Source of the DNA: a virus
Strand: one strand, 5' to 3'
Virus record (IMG/VR): IMGVR_UViG_3300005439_000019
Span: 9,805 to 73,804 of that record
DNA: 64,000 bases
The notes under the pieces are model-generated. The model saw nothing but the letters and a program-made list of their open reading frames with translations, did no database searches and was not told the DNA's origin. The translations under genes were made by a program, and so were the position numbers. Positions 1-5,588 of this stretch are shown piece by piece (the first letter of the stretch is position 1; the number at the start of each line of letters is the position of its first letter).

Positions 1-59
1 CGGCGGCGTCACTCTCCCCGCGAGGGGAGACAAGGGTTCCTCGGGGCTCCCGGGCACAT

Positions 60-144
60 GGGCTTGTGGCGGAATGGCAGACGCGCCAGTTTCAGGAACT
101 GGTGTCCCGCAAGGGACGTGAGGGTTCGAGTCCCTCGGGGCTCA
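60..144 (+). tRNA. tRNA-like, class II Leu(CAG)-like; acceptor stem does not pair (possible pseudo-tRNA)
   Basis: TGGCGGAATGGCAGACGCG D-arm as in tRNA-Leu. Anticodon loop ttCAGga, long variable arm, T-arm GAGGGTTCGAGTCCCTC. The 5' GGGCTTG and 3' GGGGCTC do not form an acceptor helix. Flanked by a CCTCGGGGCTCnCGGG direct repeat. Confidence 0.35.
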
Positions 145-194
145 CGGGGATGCGCAGGTGGCCCGGCTTGCAAGAGCCCGGCGGTCCCTAACCT

Positions 195-281
195 GGAGAG
201 CGAACCGGACAGGCGCGCCGGGCTTCGCCGCTAACGAATGCGCGGGGGTGACCCCGTGGGTTTCGAGTACTCCGCTCTCCG
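195..281 (+). tRNA. tRNA-Ser(GCT)-like, class II, degenerate T-stem
   Basis: Perfect 7-bp acceptor GGAGAGC/GCTCTCC, anticodon loop cCGCTAa, long variable arm, TTCGAGT T-loop with a poor T-stem. Confidence 0.35.
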
Positions 282-400
282 CACCTGGGCCGCAGCACTG
301 GAGTGCAGCCGGATGGACGGGTTCGATTTCCCGTGCGGTCCACCGGGTCCCGGCAGGCCATGCCGGATTTTCCGGACACACCGGAAGCCGGGACCGGCAT

Positions 401-483
401 GGAGAGGTCGCCTAGCGGTCTATGGCGCTTGCCCGGAAAGCAAGTTGGGGTAACCCTCGCGAGTTCGAATCTCGCTCTCTCCG
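401..483 (+). tRNA. tRNA-Ser(GGA)
   Basis: Acceptor GGAGAGG/TCTCTCC (one G-U pair), anticodon stem CTTGC/GCAAG with loop ccGGAaa, long variable arm, T-arm GCGAGTTCGAATCTCGC. Confidence 0.55.
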
Positions 484-505
484 CGCGGATGGTAGATTAG
501 CTGTT

Positions 506-979
506 ATGCCATCCGAAATATCCTGCGCCTGGGCAGCCGGGATTCTCGACGCCGACGGATGCGTAACCATGAGACCGCCATCGGGCGGTCGGTTCCGGTC
601 CCCCTACCTTGTAGTCGACTCCACCGACAGGGAGATCCTGGAAGAGTTGGTTGCCAGCTTCGGCGGTCGCATCCACGAGAAGAGCGTCCGGCATGAGCAC
701 TGGCGTCGCCAGTGGTCCTGGCGGATGTACGGGACCGTTGGCATCCTTGAGTTCCTGCGGCTGGTCATCCCGTACATGCGATGCCCCGCCAAGGTAGCTC
801 GGGCGAGGATGCTAATCGACGAGTACCCGGCGCTGACTCAGCGAAACGGCTGGTACACCCCAGAACAGCGGGCAGCAAAGCTCGACATGGAGGAGCGGTT
901 CATGGCTATCGGTTACGGCCGAGGAGCCAGCCTGCGAGCCCTCCCAAGACCCGGAAGCGTAAGCCGAGCTTCGGCCTAA
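506..979 (+). CDS. LAGLIDADG homing endonuclease (single-motif family) embedded in the tRNA array
   Basis: ORF-track frame 422..979 with an internal ATG at 506 (MPSEIS...) downstream of tRNA-Ser. Motif WAAGILDADGCV matches LAGLIDADG. Local GC is lower than the flanks. The 3' end overlaps the next tRNA by ~25 nt. Confidence 0.55.
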   Translation: MPSEISCAWAAGILDADGCVTMRPPSGGRFRSPYLVVDSTDREILEELVASFGGRIHEKSVRHEHWRRQWSWRMYGTVGILEFLRLVIPYMRCPAKVARARMLIDEYPALTQRNGWYTPEQRAAKLDMEERFMAIGYGRGASLRALPRPGSVSRASA

Positions 980-1042
980 CGGCGGCTGTCTCGAAAACAG
1001 CTAGGGGTAACTCCCGTGTGGGTTCGAGACCCACCGCTTCCT
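953..1042 (+). tRNA. tRNA-Ser(CGA)
   Basis: Perfect acceptor GGAAGCG/CGCTTCC, anticodon stem GCTGT/ACAGC with loop cTCGAaa, long variable arm TAGGGGTAACTCCC, T-arm GTGGGTTCGAGACCCAC. Confidence 0.6.
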
Positions 1043-1046
1043 CTGC

Positions 1047-1238
1047 TTACGGCACGCGCCGCCTGGCGTTCCAGTTTCCGGCTCCCCAGCCGGAGCCGAA
1101 CCCCGCCTCGGCGAGGGCCAGGAAAGTCAGCCCGATGGCGATGATCCCGATGATGACGGTCAGGGAGATGCCGTGGACGCCGAGGATCGCGATGATCGCG
1201 GCGATGAGGAAAGCGAGGACCGCAAGTCCGTAAGTCAT
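1047..1238 (-). CDS. small hydrophobic membrane peptide (63 aa)
   Basis: ORF track. Very high GC3, two predicted TM helices (AVLAFLIAAIIAILG.. / VIIGIIAIGLTFLAL). Sits between tRNA genes. Confidence 0.45.
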   Translation of the reverse strand: MTYGLAVLAFLIAAIIAILGVHGISLTVIIGIIAIGLTFLALAEAGFGSGWGAGNWNARRRVP

Positions 1239-1294
1239 GACAGGGCTCCTTCTGAGGAGCTACCTGCCCCTCAGTTCTTCCGGGGGGCGGTCGA

Positions 1295-1368
1295 GGGCGT
1301 GTAGCTCAGTCGGTTAGAGCACTTCCCTGATAAGGAAGGGGTCAGAGGTTCAATTCCTCTTTCGCCCA
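1295..1368 (+). tRNA. tRNA-Ile(GAT)
   Basis: GTAGCTCAGTCGGTTAGAGC D-arm, anticodon arm CTTCC-ctGATaa-GGAAG, T-arm AGAGGTTCAATTCCTCT. One acceptor mismatch. Confidence 0.65.
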
Positions 1369-1372
1369 CCTC

Positions 1373-1444
1373 GGCGGTGTAGCTCAGTGGCAGAGCACCC
1401 GGCTCATAACCGGGAGGCCGGCGGGTCGTTCCCGCCCTCCGCTA
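1373..1444 (+). tRNA. tRNA-Met(CAT), elongator-like
   Basis: Anticodon arm CCCGG-ctCATaa-CCGGG, D-arm TAGCTCAGTGGCAGAGCA, T-stem GGCGG/CCGCC with a non-canonical T-loop. Confidence 0.5.
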
Positions 1445-1613
1445 CCTGGACCTGCGGGCAGGTTCCGGGCTCGTGCGCCAGCAGCAGCGCGGTGCCGGCC
1501 CAGAGATGGAATGCTGACTCTCCCGGCAGCACCGGGCGAGGGCACAGGAGGCACCGCCAGGGAAACGGCCCCCGGTAGGTGAAGACCTGCCCGATACGCA
1601 CGACCAGATACTA

Positions 1614-1686
1614 GGGCCGTTAACTCAGTGGTAAGAGTGTCACCCTTATAAGGTGAGAGTCGTGCGTTCAATCCGTACACGGCCCA
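1614..1686 (+). tRNA. tRNA-Ile(TAT) (AUA decoder)
   Basis: Perfect acceptor GGGCCGT/ACGGCCC, anticodon loop ctTATaa, T-arm GTGCGTTCAATCCGTAC. Confidence 0.55.
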
Positions 1687-1737
1687 CCAGGACGGAGAGC
1701 ACGTGAACGTCAAACAGGCCCGGCGAATACCTTTCGC

Positions 1738-1809
1738 GGGCTGGTAGCTCAACGGCAGAGCAGCGGTCTTTTAAACCGTGGGTTTAGGGTTCGAATCCCT
1801 GGCAGCCCA
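1738..1809 (+). tRNA. tRNA-Lys(TTT)
   Basis: D-arm TAGCTCAACGGCAGAGCA, anticodon arm GCGGT-ctTTTaa-ACCGT, T-arm TAGGGTTCGAATCCCTG. Confidence 0.65.
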
Positions 1810-1813
1810 CCCT

Positions 1814-1886
1814 GCGCCATTAGCTCAGAGGAAAGAGCGGCCGGCCTCTACCCGGCTCGCCGGGGGTTCGAGTCCTCCATGGCGCA
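1814..1886 (+). tRNA. tRNA-Arg(TCT)
   Basis: Perfect acceptor GCGCCAT/ATGGCGC, anticodon arm GCCGG-ccTCTac-CCGGC, T-arm GGGGGTTCGAGTCCTCC. Confidence 0.6.
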
Positions 1887-1974
1887 CGAGACTGGCCCAC
1901 TTAAGACGGGCTCCGTGGACGCGGGTGCTAGCCCCTCGTCCTCCCCCGGCGGTCGGTCAAGCCGCGCGGAACAC

Positions 1975-2048
1975 GGTCCGTTGGAGGAATCGGCGAACTC
2001 ACCTGGCCCTCAACCAGGAGATTGCGGGTTCAAGCCCCGCACGGATCA
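1975..2048 (+). tRNA. tRNA, anticodon uncertain (possibly Glu-CTC)
   Basis: Acceptor GGTCCGT/ACGGATC, anticodon stem CCTGG/CCAGG, T-arm GCGGGTTCAAGCCCCGC. Confidence 0.4.
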
Positions 2049-2235
2049 CGCAAGCCGGGTACCCAGCCAGCGGGTGACAAGCCCGGCGTGCAAGGACGCT
2101 GGCCTCTGCGAGCGGGAGCGCATGCCTCCCGCGCTTACTCGGGGACCCGTTACGCGGGAGGACGGCCATCCAATACGGCGTCCCCGTAATACGATCCGGA
2201 CCGCAGGTGGCTGAAATCCGCTGGACCGGACATCT

Positions 2236-2307
2236 GCCCCCATCGGCCAATGGCTAGGCCGTCTGCCTTTCAAGCAGGAGAAGACGGGTCGGAACCGTCT
2301 GGGGGAG
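2236..2307 (+). tRNA. tRNA-Glu(TTC)
   Basis: D-stem GGCC/GGCC, anticodon arm TCTGC-ctTTCaa-GCAGG, T-stem GACGG/CCGTC with an unusual T-loop GTCGGAA. Mismatch at pair 1-72. Confidence 0.45.
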
Positions 2308-2338
2308 CGAGGCCGGGACATGTATCCTGGCCACACGA

Positions 2339-2413
2339 CGCGGAGTGGGGGAGTTCGGTGTCCCCGCTGGGCTCATAACCCTGAGATCGCGGGTTCAAAT
2401 CCCGCCTCCGCAA
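2339..2413 (+). tRNA. tRNA-Met(CAT), initiator-like
   Basis: C1xA72 mismatch (CGCGGAG...CTCCGCA-A). Three G-C pairs close the anticodon stem (GGG-ctCATaa-CCC), as in bacterial tRNA-fMet. T-arm GCGGGTTCAAATCCCGC. Confidence 0.5.
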
Positions 2414-2559
2414 CGAGGAAGTGCTGGGCTGGTACTTGGCAACGTGTAGCGCCGCAGGGTCCGCCCTGCGGTGCTGTGACCGTAAGTCCCTTAAACCTCC
2501 CCCCTAGTCACGTCTGGAGCGCCGGCCAGCGCCAGTAAACGGGAAGAGCACTGAATCAT

Positions 2560-2633
2560 TCCGGTGTAGCTCAATTCGGCAGAGCAGGCGGCCGTTAACC
2601 GCAAGGTTCCAGGTTCGATTCCTGGTACCGGAG
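2560..2633 (+). tRNA. tRNA, probably Asn(GTT)
   Basis: Acceptor TCCGGTG/TACCGGA, D-arm TAGCTCAATTCGGCAGAGCA, loop ccGTTaa, T-arm CCAGGTTCGATTCCTGG. Confidence 0.45.
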
Positions 2634-2693
2634 CATCACGGTTGGCGCGGCGGGTAAAATCCCAGCCTTAACCGCGCCGTCATGGTCTTGCAG

Positions 2694-2768
2694 GGCAGCC
2701 AGGAGTGCCCACCTCCCTGTCAAGGAGGAGATCGCCGGTTCGAATCCGGTCAGGACCGCCGGGAAGGT
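2694..2768 (+). tRNA. tRNA-Asp(GTC)
   Basis: Acceptor GGTCTTG/CAGGACC, D-stem GGGC/GCCC, anticodon arm CCTCC-ctGTCaa-GGAGG, T-arm GCCGGTTCGAATCCGGT. Confidence 0.65.
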
Positions 2769-2827
2769 CATCGGCAGAAGTGAAAGAGCGCGCCTTGTCG
2801 AGGGCGGCTCGCCTTCCCTACAGCCCG

Positions 2828-2969
2828 GTTATCCGCCGCCGGTTGTGCAGCTCGGCCTCGCCGAGCCGCTCCAGCCCGTGCACCGCGCCGCTGCGCCGGC
2901 CGCAGGCGAAGCCGACGATGAAGGCGACGACGATGATCACGGCAAGTGCAAGTCCCATGTAACAAACGA
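2828..2969 (-). CDS. possible small membrane peptide (46 aa)
   Basis: Own translation MGLALAVIIVVAFIVGFACGRRSG..; high GC3. Below the ORF-track length cutoff. Lies between tRNAs. Confidence 0.3.
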
Positions 2970-3007
2970 TACGTTTCCCTGGCTTACCTGGCCACCGGGG
3001 ACGAAAC

Positions 3008-3079
3008 GGGCGCTTAGCTCAGCGGAAGAGCGCTTCTCTGACACAGAAGAGGCCGGAGGGTCAGCACCTCCAGTGCCCA
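3008..3079 (+). tRNA. tRNA-Val(GAC)
   Basis: Acceptor GGGCGCT/AGTGCCC, TAGCTCAGCGGAAGAGC D-arm, anticodon arm CTTCT-ctGACac-AGAAG, T-stem GGAGG/CCTCC. Confidence 0.5.
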
Positions 3080-3086
3080 CGGTAAG

Positions 3087-3164
3087 AGGACAGTGGTGAA
3101 ATCGGTAGACATTGGCGAGGAAGGGTGCCACCCCCTCATGCAGGTTCGAGTCCTGCCTGTCCTC
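3087..3164 (+). tRNA. tRNA, class II-like (Leu/Tyr type), anticodon not resolved
   Basis: Perfect acceptor AGGACAG/CTGTCCT, D-region GTGGTGAAATCGGTAGAC (Leu-like), T-arm GCAGGTTCGAGTCCTGC. Confidence 0.4.
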
Positions 3165-3207
3165 TCGCTAAAGGCGGCCCTGGTTGCAACCGGGGCCGCC
3201 TCAACTC

Positions 3208-3280
3208 GCGGACGTAGCTCAACGGATAGAGCGTCAGCCTACGGAGCTGAGCGTTGGGGGTTCGAGTCCCTCCGCCCGCA
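3208..3280 (+). tRNA. tRNA-Arg(ACG)
   Basis: TAGCTCAACGGATAGAGC D-arm, anticodon arm TCAGC-ctACGga-GCTGA, T-arm GGGGGTTCGAGTCCCTC. Confidence 0.6.
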
Positions 3281-3425
3281 CGGTCCCCAGGGACTGGTCC
3301 ATGGCTCCCCTGCACGGCTCCTCATGTGGGAGACATGCCGTGCGCCGCCGCACTTGCCCCACCCTGGGAGCGGCGGAGTTCCTGGGCGACTGCTCAATGA
3401 GTGGTTGAAGCAGTCATCACATCAC

Positions 3426-3497
3426 GGGCGACTAGCTCAAAGGAAGAGCGCTGGTCTCACACACCAGGGGTTGAAGGTTCGAGCCCTTCGCCGCCCA
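3426..3497 (+). tRNA. tRNA-Val(CAC)
   Basis: TAGCTCAAAGGAAGAGC D-arm, anticodon arm CTGGT-ctCACac-ACCAG, T-arm GAAGGTTCGAGCCCTTC. Confidence 0.55.
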
Positions 3498-3499
3498 CC

Positions 3500-3572
3500 G
3501 GGTCGTAACCCAAACGGTTGCGGGGCCTGCCTGTGGAGCAGGTATTAGCGGGTTCGACCCCCGCACGACCCT
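3500..3572 (+). tRNA. tRNA-His(GTG)
   Basis: Perfect acceptor GGGTCGT/ACGACCC, anticodon arm CCTGC-ctGTGga-GCAGG, T-arm GCGGGTTCGACCCCCGC. Confidence 0.55.
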
Positions 3573-3576
3573 CCGT

Positions 3577-3673
3577 GGTGAACATGGTGCAACGGAAGCA
3601 CGCCGGCCTAGCTGGATTTACTGCTCTCGTGGAGCCGGAGACCGCCGGGGTTCGACTCCTGGCGTGTTCATCA
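3577..3673 (+). ncRNA. atypical 97-nt tRNA-like element (8-bp acceptor helix, selC-like T-arm, no recognisable anticodon arm)
   Basis: GGTGAACA...TGTTCATC pair over 8 bp with discriminator A. D-arm GTGC-aacggaa-GCAC. T-region GGGGTTCGACTCCTGG resembles the tRNA-Sec T-arm. The ~45-nt central region gives no 5-bp stem plus 7-nt loop. Confidence 0.3.
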
Positions 3674-3678
3674 CCCCT

Positions 3679-3759
3679 GGCGGAGTGACCCGAGATGGCA
3701 TGGGGGCGGTCTGTAAAACCGCTGCTTCGGCACGGCTGGTTCGAGCCCAGCGTCCGTCA
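3679..3759 (+). tRNA. tRNA-Tyr(GTA)
   Basis: CCCGAG D-loop, anticodon arm GCGGT-ctGTAaa-ACCGC, long variable arm TGCTTCGGCACG, T-arm GCTGGTTCGAGCCCAGC. Confidence 0.55.
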
Positions 3760-3770
3760 CGTAGTTCTTT

Positions 3771-3843
3771 GCGCCCGTAGCTCAGCGGATAGAGCACCGC
3801 CCTCCGGAGGCGGGGGCCGGGGGTTCGAGTCCCTCCGAGCGCA
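3771..3843 (+). tRNA. tRNA-Arg(CCG)
   Basis: TAGCTCAGCGGATAGAGC D-arm, anticodon arm CCGCC-ctCCGga-GGCGG, T-arm GGGGGTTCGAGTCCCTC. Confidence 0.6.
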
Positions 3844-4013
3844 CTGGGAAGTGGTGTAAGAGGGCGATCCGGCCAAGCTCGTGGCCACGGGCGAAGGCAG
3901 GGGAAGCCCCTCGACAGCGCTGCCCGCCGAGACCATGGCAGCCGGCGGGCGGACAGCATCCCCGGGTTCCACCCCGGGGCGGTCCTGGCGAGAACCCAGG
4001 CTTCCCAGCCAAC

Positions 4014-4084
4014 CGCAGGGTGTCCGAGAGGCGAGGTCCTGGTCTGCAAAACCAGGTACGCGGGTTCGAATCCCGTCTCTGCGT
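4014..4084 (+). tRNA. tRNA-Cys(GCA)
   Basis: Acceptor CGCAGGG/CTCTGCG (one G-U pair), anticodon arm CTGGT-ctGCAaa-ACCAG, T-arm GCGGGTTCGAATCCCGT. Confidence 0.55.
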
Positions 4085-4119
4085 CGGGAACCGGGTGCGG
4101 TGCATCCATTCCGGTTCTA

Positions 4120-4192
4120 AGCCCGGTAGCTCAGGGGATAGAGCTATCGCCTCCTAAGCGAGTGGTCGGGGGTTCGAGTCCCTCCCGGGCTG
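4120..4192 (+). tRNA. tRNA-Arg(CCT)
   Basis: Perfect acceptor AGCCCGG/CCGGGCT, TAGCTCAGGGGATAGAGC D-arm, loop ctCCTaa, T-arm GGGGGTTCGAGTCCCTC. Confidence 0.6.
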
Positions 4193-4249
4193 CCCCGCGT
4201 GTTCCGCTGCTGAGTCCCTCCGCCCTGGAAGCAGGGAGGAGGCCAACAC

Positions 4250-4579
4250 ATGCCAACGATCCCGCCGGATACCGTCGCCGCAGGGCAGACCGGGCACCTG
4301 GACGCCCACAACAACATCAGCGACGTGCTGACCGCTTTCCAGGCCCAGCTCAGCGGAATCCCTGCCCTCAAGGCCGGCACCGCCGCGCTGGTCGCCGGGA
4401 CCGTCAGCGTCTCCCTGTCCTCGGTGAGCACCGGCACCATCGTGCTGGTGTCCCGGCTGGTACCCGGCGGCACCGTGGGGCACCTGTCGGTGCCGACCGT
4501 CAGCAACGGCACCGGCTTCACTATCGCCTCCACCTCGGTCTCCGAGACCTCCACCGTCGCCTGGCTCGCTATCGGGTAG
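4250..4579 (+). CDS. hypothetical protein, first gene of the tail-like module
   Basis: ORF track; high GC3; Ser/Thr/Gly/Val-rich beta-type composition. Confidence 0.45.
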   Translation: MPTIPPDTVAAGQTGHLDAHNNISDVLTAFQAQLSGIPALKAGTAALVAGTVSVSLSSVSTGTIVLVSRLVPGGTVGHLSVPTVSNGTGFTIASTSVSETSTVAWLAIG

Positions 4580-4608
4580 CGGCCACGGAAGGGGCAGGAG
4601 GAAACCAC

Positions 4609-5163
4609 ATGTCAGTCATGGAAACGTCCCTGCCGGGACCAGGCGACGCGCTCGCCGTCATGTGCCAGAACCAGATGTCCGGCCCCACCGTGATCGCGGC
4701 CGACGCGAAGCGGAACTACGAGGTCGTCTTCCAGGGCAAGGGCCACCCCGACGGCGAGGACGTCCAGCCGATCCCGGAGGCGCTGCTCAACACGATCCAG
4801 TTCCGCCGGGCGCTCAGCCGGGGCGTCATCGTCGCCATCGAGGGGGCTGACCACCCGATCGTCCAGCAGGCCCTCGCCCGCCAGTCTGACGCCTTCGCCA
4901 AGCGGATGGCCACGCAGCAGATGTCCGACCGCGAGGTGCTCGACTCCCCGGCCGCCGCCGACATCATCGTCGTCAACTGCATCGGCCCCGGCTCCCGGCC
5001 CGGCGCGGTCTGCGGCGAGCAGGTCCCGGTGAAGTCCGGCGACACCGGCAAGCCGCCGCTGTGCGACCGCCACCAGGGCCTGAAGGACCGCTGCCTCAAG
5101 CGCGGAGACGGCCCCTGGGTCCTGGAGGACGACGCCTCGATGTACGAGGGGACGAACTTCTAA
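4609..5163 (+). CDS. hypothetical protein (184 aa)
   Basis: Internal ATG of track ORF 4162..5163 preceded by a GGAGGAAAC Shine-Dalgarno; high GC3 from MSVMETSL. Confidence 0.5.
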   Translation: MSVMETSLPGPGDALAVMCQNQMSGPTVIAADAKRNYEVVFQGKGHPDGEDVQPIPEALLNTIQFRRALSRGVIVAIEGADHPIVQQALARQSDAFAKRMATQQMSDREVLDSPAAADIIVVNCIGPGSRPGAVCGEQVPVKSGDTGKPPLCDRHQGLKDRCLKRGDGPWVLEDDASMYEGTNF

Positions 5164-5588
5164 TGCCGTGGGGGCGTAACCCGGACCACGCCGCGATGAC
5201 CGGGACCTATGACACCAGCGACACCGCCGGCCCGGACGCGCCCCACACCGAGCTGCGCGGGGTGACGGCCGCGTTCGACCTGGCCCGCGCCAGCGACCTG
5301 GCGTGGGCGCTGCGGGGGATGGACCCCTCCGACGAGGCCGTCTCCTCGAACATCGTCCAGACCAGCCCGGGGCTGACCGTCAACCGGGGCGACCCGGACG
5401 GCGACAGGGCGCGGGTAACCGCCGCCGCCGCCCGTGCCCGCCAGGCCCTGGAAGAGGCAGGGATGGAGCTTGACCCGGTGTCCGGGGCGATCCGCTGGCG
5501 CGACCACACCGCGCCGTGGCAGAACCACGCCGCCGCGATCGGCCCCATGACCGTCGTCGATGACAACACGGACCGGAGCGCCGGATGA
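5163..5588 (+). CDS. hypothetical protein (141 aa)
   Basis: ATG overlaps the upstream TAA (TAATG); frame of track ORF 5061..5588. Confidence 0.45.
   Translation: MPWGRNPDHAAMTGTYDTSDTAGPDAPHTELRGVTAAFDLARASDLAWALRGMDPSDEAVSSNIVQTSPGLTVNRGDPDGDRARVTAAAARARQALEEAGMELDPVSGAIRWRDHTAPWQNHAAAIGPMTVVDDNTDRSAG

Noticed and set aside
2048-2236. GC-rich hairpins (GCGGGAGCGCATGCCTCCCGC and others) between tRNAs
   Set aside because: They could be spacer processing structures or small RNAs, but there is no conserved motif or supportable fold beyond a simple stem-loop.
142-4120. Track ORFs overlapping the tRNA array (142..381, 158..415, 1384..1752, 1778..2214, 3093..3548, 3618..4109, 4144..4608 and others)
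   Set aside because: They overlap cloverleaf-foldable tRNA genes on either strand and translate into low-complexity sequence. Only 506..979 (LAGLIDADG), 1047..1238 and possibly 2828..2969 look genuinely coding.
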